Shown here in pieces: positions 38,264 through 47,646 of a DNA stretch of 64,000 bases. The notes below the pieces were generated by a model that saw nothing but the letters and a program-made list of their open reading frames with translations, did no database searches and was not told the DNA's origin. The DNA is taken from contig CAZAXH010000006.1 in NCBI GenBank assembly GCA_964489065.1, positions 2,867-66,866 on the forward strand, read 5' to 3'. Made by a program: the position numbers and the translations under genes. This stretch comes from an uncultured Planctomycetales bacterium. GTDB lineage: Bacteria > Omnitrophota > Gorgyraeia > Zapsychrales > JANLHA01. Position 1 is the first letter of the stretch. Each line of letters begins with the position of its first letter.

Positions 38264-39442
38264 TTATTTTAGGTTGGAATCGATTATTGTTTCTAGCAAA
38301 GGGATAACCGATCGAGTTGTATATTTTCCGCCCTTTTCCTTTGACTGTTTTTGCATGTGCTGATAGAGCCCCGAATCTGTTAATAACTGTATTAAAAAAT
38401 TTGACATGCTTGAAATATGACCTCTTTTTTCAACGATGAAACCATTCTCCCCGTGTGTAATGATTTGATCAATGCTATTGTTGAAACGGGTCACAACACA
38501 GGGAAGCCCCAGATACATCGCTTCTAAAAGTGAGTTAGGAAAACCTTCGTAGTGCGATGGCATAAAGAAAATAGATGCCTGTTTTAAATATAAATAAGGA
38601 TTTTTCTGGAACCCCAGAAACTTTACATAGTTTTGTATCTGCATATTTTGGGCCATGTTTTGTAGCTTGTCAAGAAGCGGCCCTTGACCAAGAATCCAGT
38701 ATTCACATGACACCTTTTCATAGGTCTTTTTAAAGACTTGTAAGCCGTCTTCATACCCTTTTTGTTCAACCAGACGTCCGATGGATATAATAATAGGGCC
38801 TCGTTTGACAAAATCTATTCGCGATGAAGTTAAATGCGGCCCGTTAATGGATTTTTCAATAAATATATCATCTATAAAGTTAGGAAAAATGAAATATCGC
38901 AGTTTAGATTTCTTGATGAGTTTTCTAAAATCATCAATAATAGCTTGTGACGGAGCGATAAATATGTCCGCGAATCTATATAAAATAAAAAAAGAAAGAA
39001 TCTTTAATATTTTTTTTGATTTTTTATGTAATCGTGCCTTAAGGACGTTTGTTTCCCGGATGATCAGTATTGTTTTTTGAAGTCCTGCCACATAACGAGC
39101 GGGGACGCTCAGGATATTAGTATAAAAACCGATGCTGATAAGGCAATCTGGTTTAATAACTTTCAGTGCTTTTGCTATCTTTTTTATGTTTACTATGTGG
39201 TGAATGAAACTGGTATTATCAATTTCTGCGCTTAATGTGTGTATTGTTACGTCTGGGGATATGAATTGTCTGTATTCCCCGGTATCTTTTAACAGGATTA
39301 AAGTTAAACGGTATTTCTGCCTGCTTAAATTATTTAAAAGATGTGTTGCGATCCTCTCGGCCCCTCCCCCTTGCATTGTCGCCAAGATGATTCCGATATT
39401 TTTTTTCTTAAAATTGTTTTCTTGCGGTGTATTTAATTCCAT
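38264..39442 (-). CDS. GT4-family glycosyltransferase
   Basis: 392 aa. The C-terminal EGFPNSLLEAMYLGLPCV matches the E-x7-E GT4 motif. Confidence 0.8.
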   Translation of the reverse strand: MELNTPQENNFKKKNIGIILATMQGGGAERIATHLLNNLSRQKYRLTLILLKDTGEYRQFISPDVTIHTLSAEIDNTSFIHHIVNIKKIAKALKVIKPDCLISIGFYTNILSVPARYVAGLQKTILIIRETNVLKARLHKKSKKILKILSFFILYRFADIFIAPSQAIIDDFRKLIKKSKLRYFIFPNFIDDIFIEKSINGPHLTSSRIDFVKRGPIIISIGRLVEQKGYEDGLQVFKKTYEKVSCEYWILGQGPLLDKLQNMAQNMQIQNYVKFLGFQKNPYLYLKQASIFFMPSHYEGFPNSLLEAMYLGLPCVVTRFNNSIDQIITHGENGFIVEKRGHISSMSNFLIQLLTDSGLYQHMQKQSKEKGGKYTTRSVIPLLETIIDSNLK

Positions 39443-40617
39443 CGGCTTTCTTCGTTTAGGACCGTTTGATACACTTTAATATAGTTTTTTGATATTATGC
39501 TGAAATCATATTGCGCTTTGACCTGAAGGGCCGCGGCTTGAGCGAGAGTCGCCCGTATCGCGACGTTTGATACGCAACGCGTTATTGTTTGGCATAATTT
39601 CTGCAAGTCCCCCACAGGGACGAGGATGCCATTTTGGCGGTCTGTTATGAGTTCCCGGTTCCCCCTGATATCAGAGGCGATGATACATAACCCTGATGCC
39701 ATGGCTTCCAGGAGGACATTTGAAACCCCTTCACTTCTGGAAAGGAAAATAAAGATATCGGCTATTTGGTAGTAAAGTTCAGGGTGTTCCTGGGCTCCTG
39801 CGAAGAAAATGTGCGGCAGTTTTTTGTCTGAAACGGTTTTCTTGATCTCTTCTTCCACGGAATCCTTCCGGTAGCCTTCGCCGCCGCATTTCCCGCTGCC
39901 GACTAGAATCAATTGAGCGGTAGGATGAATGTGCAGGACGTCCGGCCAGATAGTGATGATATCTTCCAGCCCTTTGCCCTCAACCAGACGGCCTGTGTAC
40001 AGGAAGATTAAATCATCGGGGCCGAAATGGAACCGTTCTCTAAGGCGCTCTTTCTCTTCCCTGTTTAGCGGTTTAAATCGTTCGGTGTCCACCCCGTTAT
40101 AGAGTTTTTTAATCCTGTCGGGAGGCGTGCCGATTTCCAGCAGCTGCTGCCGTATTTGTTCGGAGAGCCCGGTGATGGCGGCCGAGCGACTGAATATTTT
40201 TAAAACGATGCTCCCCCACGGCTTTTTTTGCAACTGGGGAATGCGAAGTGAGGAGGAAACCTTGGCCACGTTCTTTCTACCGGAGAGGAAGGCCATCACT
40301 CTGCCGACGGCCCCCAGTGCGGCCGCGCCATGCGTGTGAATGACATCGAATGTTTTCCGTTTCTTCAGGGCGAAAATGAAGAGTTCCAATATGTAACTGG
40401 CCGTCGCCCATATTGACCGGCCAGGCATTCCAACCCGGAAGACAGGAAACCCGAACGCGGAATCCCGGCGCGGCAGATTTTTGTCCCACCGGCGGGTTAA
40501 GACCGTGATCTCGCACCCGGACTCCGATAACCGCGAGGCCAACTGCGTCATCTGGCTTTCCGCCCCGCCCCAATACGGGGCGTAACAATCTATAACCATT
40601 AAGATTCTAATTTTCAT
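39433..40617 (-). CDS. GT4-family glycosyltransferase
   Basis: 394 aa. It has the SEGVSNVLLEAMASGLCII GT4 motif and an N-terminal GT4 N-domain. Confidence 0.8.
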   Translation of the reverse strand: MKIRILMVIDCYAPYWGGAESQMTQLASRLSESGCEITVLTRRWDKNLPRRDSAFGFPVFRVGMPGRSIWATASYILELFIFALKKRKTFDVIHTHGAAALGAVGRVMAFLSGRKNVAKVSSSLRIPQLQKKPWGSIVLKIFSRSAAITGLSEQIRQQLLEIGTPPDRIKKLYNGVDTERFKPLNREEKERLRERFHFGPDDLIFLYTGRLVEGKGLEDIITIWPDVLHIHPTAQLILVGSGKCGGEGYRKDSVEEEIKKTVSDKKLPHIFFAGAQEHPELYYQIADIFIFLSRSEGVSNVLLEAMASGLCIIASDIRGNRELITDRQNGILVPVGDLQKLCQTITRCVSNVAIRATLAQAAALQVKAQYDFSIISKNYIKVYQTVLNEESRWN

Positions 40618-41701
40618 GCGAGTTGAGAGATGAAACGATTCCTTTTAGAGTTTGTCCAATTTGGCTTTCCGAACAGTATTTTTCAAAAGTCAGATATCCA
40701 TTTTCAGCAATGCGGTTTCTCAACTCAGGATTTTCCCGAAGTTCAAGAACCGCATCAGCCAGGCTACGGGGATCCTCCGGGTTGCAGAAAAACACGTCCT
40801 TTCTGTGTTCCAGAAGTTCCCTCACGGCAGGTGTGTCGGCAGTAATGACCGCTTTCTTCATGGCGATGGCTTCGTACACTTTATGAGGAATAACCATTTG
40901 AGTTTTAGGGGTGTCCCCAAAAAGCCCCAGACACACAGACGCGCGGGCCATATAATGAGCCAGGTCTTCATATGGGACCGGCGGCAAGAACGTAATATTC
41001 TTCAAATTGAGTTCTTGGGCTAATTGAACACATTGCAGATGATGTTGCCCTTTACCGATCATTTGAAATTTAATATCCGGCAGAAGCGCTGCGGCTTTGA
41101 CAATATAAATCGCGCCATGGAGGGGTTGATATTCTCCGTGAAAATGAACCAGGAATTCCTTTTCTTCAAGGATGTCGGTCCGGGGATGCATGACCGACGT
41201 GTCCGAGCCCACTAAAACTTTTACGAAGTGCCGCTTCTCAAGACGATATTCCTTATGAAAGTATTGGATATGTTGATCGGTATCCAGGATGACGATGTCG
41301 GCGAATCGGCAGGCCATCCGGTCGAAAAATCTCGCTAAATGAGCCAGGACGCTTCCGGCCCTGAATACTTTGCGGTCGTAAACCATTGTCTGGTGAATTG
41401 ACAAAAAAGCGTCCAAGATGATTTTTTTACGGGTGCAGAGTTTTACGAAAGGGATAAGGAACTGGCCGAGAAAGCCTATAAAAATGAAATCACTCTTATC
41501 TTTATATTTTAAAAAATAAAAGAAACTTAAAAAATAACGCAGTTTGGATTTAAGCGCGCAGGAACAATCATAAATTTTCAGTTCCTCCACGGTTTGCAGG
41601 CTTCTTAAGATAACCCGTGTCCTGGCATAGCTGGATTCCCGGCCCGGCAAGAAACAGATTGATACTTGTGAATCAGCCATTTTAATTTTAGTGCCAAGCA
41701 T
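40607..41701 (-). CDS. GT4/GT1-like glycosyltransferase
   Basis: 364 aa. The C-terminal region KVYEAIAMKKAVITADTPAVRELL is GT-B-like. Confidence 0.65.
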   Translation of the reverse strand: MLGTKIKMADSQVSICFLPGRESSYARTRVILRSLQTVEELKIYDCSCALKSKLRYFLSFFYFLKYKDKSDFIFIGFLGQFLIPFVKLCTRKKIILDAFLSIHQTMVYDRKVFRAGSVLAHLARFFDRMACRFADIVILDTDQHIQYFHKEYRLEKRHFVKVLVGSDTSVMHPRTDILEEKEFLVHFHGEYQPLHGAIYIVKAAALLPDIKFQMIGKGQHHLQCVQLAQELNLKNITFLPPVPYEDLAHYMARASVCLGLFGDTPKTQMVIPHKVYEAIAMKKAVITADTPAVRELLEHRKDVFFCNPEDPRSLADAVLELRENPELRNRIAENGYLTFEKYCSESQIGQTLKGIVSSLNSHEN

Positions 41702-41802
41702 AAAGATATCTTAACTTATAGAATAATGATGATCCCTGTTGACGAGTGCCGGGCGGTGTCCGTCGTCCTTAAGCACGTTTTGCATATCCGATTCCAGTTT
41801 AC

Positions 41803-42738
41803 TTACATCCCTGACTTCTTGATCCTGAGAAGAATATCTTCAATCAGGCGTCTGTTCGCAGAGATAAGATCAGAAACAAGCCCGATAATGAGAATTTGAA
41901 ATCCGATGATTACCAAAACGGCGGCTAAAATCAAGGATTGGATTTTCCCCTCCCCGCTTCCCATAATGAAATAATAAAGAAAGCGGCAGCCGAGCAGAAA
42001 GCCCAGTAAAGAAAGCCCGGAGCCGATTGTCAAGAACAGCCGTAACGGGTTGAACATGGAATAGACGCGGATGATGGTCAGAACAGACCGTTTAATATAT
42101 TCCGGAATACTTTTAAACAATCTGGACGGCCGGTGGACTTCATTCGTTGTGATCGTAATATTGGCTATGGCCAGGTTTTTGTGCTCGGCCTGGATGATGC
42201 TTTCCAGAGTATAAGTGTATTCCGAAATAATGTTGAGATTGAGGGCCGCTTCCCGGTTGTAAGCGCGGAATCCGGTTGTCGCGTCAATGATAGAGGTTCC
42301 GCTGAGCTGTCTGACGACCCAGCTGCCGAGTTTCTGCAGTCGTTTTTTAATGAACGAAAATTGTTTGACGTTTTCAATGTCCCGATTGCCTATGACAATA
42401 TCGGCTTTCCCCTCAAGGATAGGCCTTACCAGGCGGGGGATGTCTTCCCCTTTATACTGCCCATCCGCGTCGGTATTGACAATGATATCCGCCCCCATAG
42501 CCAAGGCCGCATCCAACCCCGCTTGAAAGACCCTCGCCAATCCCTTCTTTTTCGTGAACTTTATGATGTGATGCACCCCGTGCTCTTGGGCCACCACCGA
42601 GGTGTTATCGGTGCTCCCGTCATCGATGATAAGGATTTGAATGTCATCGACTCCGTCAATATGCTTGGGTAAGTCCGCCAATGTTTTGGGCAGACTTTCC
42701 GCTTCATTAAGGCAGGGAATTTGTATGACTAATTTCAT
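41803..42738 (-). CDS. GtrB/ArnC-like GT2 polyprenyl-phosphate sugar transferase with two C-terminal TM helices
   Basis: 311 aa. It has IPCLNE, IIDDGSTDNT and TDADGQY (DxD) motifs, plus C-terminal membrane helices as in bactoprenol glucosyl/arabinosyl transferases. Confidence 0.8.
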   Translation of the reverse strand: MKLVIQIPCLNEAESLPKTLADLPKHIDGVDDIQILIIDDGSTDNTSVVAQEHGVHHIIKFTKKKGLARVFQAGLDAALAMGADIIVNTDADGQYKGEDIPRLVRPILEGKADIVIGNRDIENVKQFSFIKKRLQKLGSWVVRQLSGTSIIDATTGFRAYNREAALNLNIISEYTYTLESIIQAEHKNLAIANITITTNEVHRPSRLFKSIPEYIKRSVLTIIRVYSMFNPLRLFLTIGSGLSLLGFLLGCRFLYYFIMGSGEGKIQSLILAAVLVIIGFQILIIGLVSDLISANRRLIEDILLRIKKSGM

Positions 42739-42817
42739 GGCCGGCCCCTAAAGTATTTTTGTTTGTTTCCTTAAAATTTATATAAATAAAATTTCACTAA
42801 CGTCTTAAGCCTCTGTT

Positions 42818-43822
42818 TCAGCCGGGATAATAAACTTTCTTCCAATAATCCTGTAAGAATTTAAGCTTGTTGAAAAGCCACTCATAATGGTCCATAGCCC
42901 ATGCGGCTGTGGTTTGCATCCCTTCTTCAAACGATATTTGGGGTTCCCACCCGAGGCTGCGGATTTTGTCGGCATTTAAAGAATAGCGGATATCATGGCC
43001 GGGCCGATCCTTGACGAATTGAATGAGGCTATGCGGTTTGCCGACCAGACTTAGAATGGCCCGGACGGTCTCGATGTTTTTCTTTGTTATATGAGAGCCG
43101 ACATTGTAAACTTCGCCCACGCGGCCTTTGGCCAGAACCAAAAGAATCGCCTGCACGCAATCCGAAACATGGAGCCATTCCCTCATCTGCAGGCCTTTCC
43201 CGTACACCGGTATTTTTTGTCCGTTCAGCGCCTTGAGGAGCACGACAGGGACAAGTTTCTCCGGGTATTGCCAGGGCCCGTAATTATTTGACGGCCGCAC
43301 AATGATGGCCGGGAATTTGTGGGCTCTGACGGCCGCTTGGATTAAGAAGTCCGCGGCGGCCTTGGTTGAGGAATACGGATTGTTGGGGTGCAGCGGCGAT
43401 GATTCCGTGAAAGCCCCTTTGGGGATCTCCCCGTAGACTTCATCAGTGGAAATATGGATGAAACGCGGGACCCGGTGCCGGCGCGCGTAGTCTATGAGAG
43501 TCGCGGTCCCCTGGATATTGGTGGAAATGAACGGGGAAACATCCAATAAGCTTCTGTCCACGTGTGTCTCCGCGGCGAAATGGACTATGGCGGAAGGCCG
43601 TTCTTTCTTGATAATATCGTCAATTTTTTTGGCCTGAACGATATCCGCCTTATAAAATGTGATTTGATTCTTAACCGGTTGTAAACGGACCACATCTCCG
43701 GCGTATGTCAATTTATCGATAACGGCGACGCGGTGGCCCTTTTCAACCGCATTGCGGACAAAGGTGCTGGCAATAAAGCCCGCGCCTCCGGTTACGAGCA
43801 GTTTATGTAATCTTTGACGCAT
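42818..43822 (-). CDS. rfbB: dTDP-glucose 4,6-dehydratase
   Basis: 334 aa SDR. It has TGGAGFIAS and the YxxxK catalytic motif (YSSTKAAAD). The start overlaps the next gene. Confidence 0.9.
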   Translation of the reverse strand: MRQRLHKLLVTGGAGFIASTFVRNAVEKGHRVAVIDKLTYAGDVVRLQPVKNQITFYKADIVQAKKIDDIIKKERPSAIVHFAAETHVDRSLLDVSPFISTNIQGTATLIDYARRHRVPRFIHISTDEVYGEIPKGAFTESSPLHPNNPYSSTKAAADFLIQAAVRAHKFPAIIVRPSNNYGPWQYPEKLVPVVLLKALNGQKIPVYGKGLQMREWLHVSDCVQAILLVLAKGRVGEVYNVGSHITKKNIETVRAILSLVGKPHSLIQFVKDRPGHDIRYSLNADKIRSLGWEPQISFEEGMQTTAAWAMDHYEWLFNKLKFLQDYWKKVYYPG

Positions 43823-44622
43823 TCTTCCAGAATATCCTTTATGGGGCGAACTTTAAAACGGGTTGATTCGAGTTTCTTCGTCGACAGGATCAGGTTCGTC
43901 CTGACTAACTTTAAATCTTTAAAACCGATGACGGTGTAACGGAAATCCGGGGCATATTTTGAATAGATTCTCATTAAATCCGGGTAACGCAGTCCGCCTT
44001 TATTCACGACGTTATAAATCCCCTTCGCATCAATTTTAATAAGGTGCTGCAAAGCGCGGATAAAATCCGGGATGTACGTCACGGAGTTCGGCACGTCGAT
44101 AATTCTTTTATATTTGATAAGTTTTGTCAAAATATTTTTAGGATGCGGCTGGTTGTCCAGGGGGACGCGGATCCGGATGGTAAGGATATTATACTTTTTG
44201 GCCAAAGCGTTGAGCACATGCTCGGCATAAATTTTTGTGCGGCTGTAATAGAGCTCGAAGAAATCCGGCACCATGGTTTCCGTGATGGGCTTGGATTTTT
44301 TATAATCATAATGATAAATGCAGCCGCTGCTGATATGAACAAATTTCACGTTATACCGCAGGCAGGCTTCCGCCAACAGAATAGGGACGAACGTGTTGGC
44401 GGAGATGCTTTTGTCCGGATTACGTTCGCAGTCATCGATATTCTGGATGCCGGTGTATCCGATACAATTGATAAGAATTTTTGGACGGACTTTGCGGACC
44501 AGTTGAACGGCGTCTTGGAAGGAAGATATCCTTTCCTTTGATAAGGTGCCCCCAAGTTCTTTTTTCAGCCTTTGGCCAATGTATCCTTTCCCGACAATCA
44601 ATACCTTATTTTTCATGAACAA
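43792..44622 (-). CDS. RmlD-like NAD(P)H-dependent dTDP-4-keto-6-deoxyhexose reductase
   Basis: 276 aa. It has VLIVGKGYIGQ and YSRTK (YxxxK), with overall similarity to the dTDP-4-dehydrorhamnose reductase fold. No rmlC epimerase gene is in the window. Confidence 0.6.
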   Translation of the reverse strand: MFMKNKVLIVGKGYIGQRLKKELGGTLSKERISSFQDAVQLVRKVRPKILINCIGYTGIQNIDDCERNPDKSISANTFVPILLAEACLRYNVKFVHISSGCIYHYDYKKSKPITETMVPDFFELYYSRTKIYAEHVLNALAKKYNILTIRIRVPLDNQPHPKNILTKLIKYKRIIDVPNSVTYIPDFIRALQHLIKIDAKGIYNVVNKGGLRYPDLMRIYSKYAPDFRYTVIGFKDLKLVRTNLILSTKKLESTRFKVRPIKDILEECVKDYINCS

Positions 44623-45487
44623 GCTCCATAAGATAAGTCCCGTAATCTGTTTTAATTGTCTTGGCTAGCCGCACAATATCGTCGCGCGATATCAGCCCCC
44701 TTCGAAACGCGATTTCTTCAATGCAGCCCACTTTAAGCCCCTGCCGCTCTTCGATGGTTTTGATAAATATGGAGGCGTCAATTAAGGAGTTGTAACTGCC
44801 GGTATCCAGCCAGGCGTACCCGCGCCCGAGCTGTTTGATTTGCATGGCGCCTTTTTCTATATAGCGGTTGTTTACGTCGGTGATTTCCAGCTCTCCTCTG
44901 GGTGACGGCCGTACGGATTTGGCGATTTTTACGGCGTTCTCATCAAAGAAATAAAGCCCGGTCACGACCCAGTTTGATTTCGGATTTTGCGGTTTCTCCG
45001 TTATGGAAACCACCTTGTTCTTCGCGTCGAATTCAATCACGCCGTATTGCCGGGGATTTTTGACATAATATCCGAAAATCATAGCCCCTTTTTTAAGCCC
45101 GCACGCCTGTGTTACAAGTTCGCTGAGATTGTGGCCGTAAAAAATATTGTCCCCCAGGATCAGGCAGACAGGCTTGTGATCAATGAAGGTCTCCCCGATC
45201 AAAAGGGCTTCGGCGATCCCTTTCGGTGATTTCTGAGCCGCGTACGAAATGGTTAGCCCCAAATGACGGCCATCCCCGAACAGGGTCTTGAAACGCGGCA
45301 GATCTTTGGGGGTGGAGATAATCAGTATTTCTGTGATCCCCCCCAGCATCAAAACAGAGAGGGGATAATAAATCATCGGTTTGTCATAAACAGGGAGTAA
45401 TTGCTTGCAGACTCCTCTTGTGATCGGATAAAGTCGGGTTCCGCTCCCTCCGGCCAGAATAATCCCTTTCATAATCAGTCCCTTCAT
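44606..45487 (-). CDS. rfbA: Glucose-1-phosphate thymidylyltransferase
   Basis: 293 aa. GIILAGGSGTRLYPIT is the nucleotidyltransferase signature. Confidence 0.9.
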   Translation of the reverse strand: MKGLIMKGIILAGGSGTRLYPITRGVCKQLLPVYDKPMIYYPLSVLMLGGITEILIISTPKDLPRFKTLFGDGRHLGLTISYAAQKSPKGIAEALLIGETFIDHKPVCLILGDNIFYGHNLSELVTQACGLKKGAMIFGYYVKNPRQYGVIEFDAKNKVVSITEKPQNPKSNWVVTGLYFFDENAVKIAKSVRPSPRGELEITDVNNRYIEKGAMQIKQLGRGYAWLDTGSYNSLIDASIFIKTIEERQGLKVGCIEEIAFRRGLISRDDIVRLAKTIKTDYGTYLMELVHEK

Positions 45488-45623
45488 TCTATTAATATAT
45501 TTATTAATAAATAATTATACAAGAAAGTACCCCAGATTCAATACTATTAATAATTCTCATGAATATAACTGATCCGGCACATTATGTCTGAAGAGGGATT
45601 GATAAAGGAGAATTCCTGAAGGG

Positions 45624-46262
45624 CTACACCGGGTTTAATTTGGCGTGATTGGCACTTTGATTGTGTTTAACCAATGACGATTCTATGGAAAAATAACACC
45701 CGCAGTAATTTTGCCTGTAAAAATTTTCCCGTTTCGTGATCTGTTCCTTCCGTTCTGATCCCCCCTGTTTTCTCCAGTTGTAATCCCAGAAAACAAGCCC
45801 GGGATAACGTGCGGCAGCCGTCAGGCCACATTGATAAACCTGTTGAATATCTTTCCACCGGGAAATTCCTAAGCTCGTGGTAAAGATTTTAAAACCGTTT
45901 TCCACCGCATATTGCGCGGTCCGTTTTAGCCGCATGGAAAAACAGACTTCACAGCGTTTCCCTCGTTCCGGCTCCTGTTCCAGCCCTTGCCCTTGGATTT
46001 CGCGCGCCCATGCGTCCTGATCATAGTCGAGGTCGACAAACGGGATACCCATTTTTAAGGAAAAACGCGCGGTCTCCTGTTTTCTTAATTGATATTCGCT
46101 TTCCGGATAAATATTGGGATTGTAAAAAAGCACGGTCAGCGGGATTTTAGAAAAACTAATCGCCTCTATGATCTCCCCTGAACACGGGGCACAACAGGAA
46201 TGCAGGAGGACTTTTTCCCCTAATATCGGTGTTATTAAGGGGTTACGCACTGTTTTTATCAT
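45624..46262 (-). CDS. queH: Epoxyqueuosine reductase QueH (DUF208)
   Basis: The start is set at the internal Met (MIKT...). It has the LLHSCCAPCS motif and downstream Cys residues characteristic of QueH. The ORF-track start at 46340 is probably too far upstream. Confidence 0.65.
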   Translation of the reverse strand: MIKTVRNPLITPILGEKVLLHSCCAPCSGEIIEAISFSKIPLTVLFYNPNIYPESEYQLRKQETARFSLKMGIPFVDLDYDQDAWAREIQGQGLEQEPERGKRCEVCFSMRLKRTAQYAVENGFKIFTTSLGISRWKDIQQVYQCGLTAAARYPGLVFWDYNWRKQGGSERKEQITKRENFYRQNYCGCYFSIESSLVKHNQSANHAKLNPV

Positions 46263-46469
46263 ATGTCTATTCTGCCTGATAACACAGGGTTTGTCAAGTT
46301 CGCCTTGGCAGAAAACCAAAGGGTATTCCCGTGGATACATGCAAGAGGTAACAGGGTTTTCTGCTTAGGGGATGTTCGCGTATATGTTAAGATGTCAGAT
46401 CATTCCATGAAGCGAATTATTAATAGAAACCACGCGTATGGGCATGGGGGCTTTATTATAACCTATTGA

Positions 46470-47324
46470 TTAACTTAGAGATTTGACCGCTGGCGGGATA
46501 AAATCGATGATATCGCTGGCAATCATGGCCAGGCGGGTTTTTTCCCTGGCGGCCAGGTCCCCGGCTAACCCATGCAGGTAAGCGCCCCAGCGGGCCGCTT
46601 CAAAGGCATTCAGGCCTTGGCCTAAAAAGGCGGCGATCATGCCGGTTAAAACATCCCCGCTTCCGGCCGTGGCCATTCCCGCGTTTCCCGTGGGATTCAG
46701 GGCGTATTTTTTATCGGGGGAAGCAATAACGGTGCAGGCTCCTTTGAGCAAAACCACAGTATGGGTCTGCTGGGCAAGGCTGATGGCGGCTGCCTTCCGG
46801 TTTTCTTCAATGGATATTTTGGAAATATTAAGTACCCGGGCCATTTCTCCCGGATGCGGGGTCAAAATTTTCGGCGTGGAAAATTTTTTTAGAATATCGA
46901 TTTGGCCGGATAAGGCGTTCAGGGCATCGGCGTCAATGACCAGGGGATTCGAAATGGCGCTGACGGCTTTGCGGATAAACCTTTGCGTGCTTGGATGTGC
47001 TGATAGCCCCGGGCCTATGGCGATGGCGTTGAAACGCGGGAGTTCTTTGGCAAGGGGCTTCCAGGCCTGTTCAGAGAGCGTTTGCTCCGGGGTTTCGGCC
47101 AGGGGCAGCGTCATGATGACCGGGGATAATTTTTTATGCAAGGCCGTGTTCAGGCTTTGCGGCACCCCCACGGTCACCAGCCCGGCCCCGGAACGCATGG
47201 CGGCCAGACCCGAAAGAGCCGCTGCCCCCAGCATGCGTTTGGACCCGGCCAGGATCAGGACATGCCCGAAATGGTTTTTATAGACATTTTTTTTAAGCCG
47301 TAATAACGGCGTTGGCAATCGCAT
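46470..47324 (-). CDS. nnrD: ADP-dependent (S)-NAD(P)H-hydrate dehydratase (YjeF C-terminal domain)
   Basis: 284 aa. It has the HFGHVLILAGS ... GxGDVL motifs of the carbohydrate-kinase-like Nnr dehydratase. Confidence 0.8.
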   Translation of the reverse strand: MRLPTPLLRLKKNVYKNHFGHVLILAGSKRMLGAAALSGLAAMRSGAGLVTVGVPQSLNTALHKKLSPVIMTLPLAETPEQTLSEQAWKPLAKELPRFNAIAIGPGLSAHPSTQRFIRKAVSAISNPLVIDADALNALSGQIDILKKFSTPKILTPHPGEMARVLNISKISIEENRKAAAISLAQQTHTVVLLKGACTVIASPDKKYALNPTGNAGMATAGSGDVLTGMIAAFLGQGLNAFEAARWGAYLHGLAGDLAAREKTRLAMIASDIIDFIPPAVKSLS

Positions 47325-47646
47325 AATTATCTGAATGGGAAATAGAAAGATGAATGGTATGCGGGAATTCAGGTTTGTTGATGTGGCAGTAAGGTTTCCC
47401 GTTTTTCTGATTAAGAATTTTTATGTCTTTCCAGCCTATGGGCAGGAAGGATTCGTCCAGGGCTTTGAAGACCGCTTCTTTGGCCGCGAAACGGCCGGCG
47501 AAATGCCTGGCCGGAAATTTGTTTTGGTTCGCGTATTGAATTTCTTCATCGCAAAAAACATAACGCAGAAAATGCTCCCCCCACCGGGTCATGGCTTGTT
47601 CAATCCGGGCGACTTCAATAATATCGACTCCTGTCCCCATAATCAT
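47293..47646 (-). CDS. acpS: Holo-[acyl-carrier-protein] synthase
   Basis: Only the C-terminal 117 aa (MIMGTGVDIIEVARI...) of the 316-aa ORF-track entry match AcpS. The remainder is an out-of-frame overlap with pdxJ. A 4-nt overlap with pdxJ is the classic pdxJ-acpS arrangement. Confidence 0.8.
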   Translation of the reverse strand: MIMGTGVDIIEVARIEQAMTRWGEHFLRYVFCDEEIQYANQNKFPARHFAGRFAAKEAVFKALDESFLPIGWKDIKILNQKNGKPYCHINKPEFPHTIHLSISHSDNYAIANAVITA

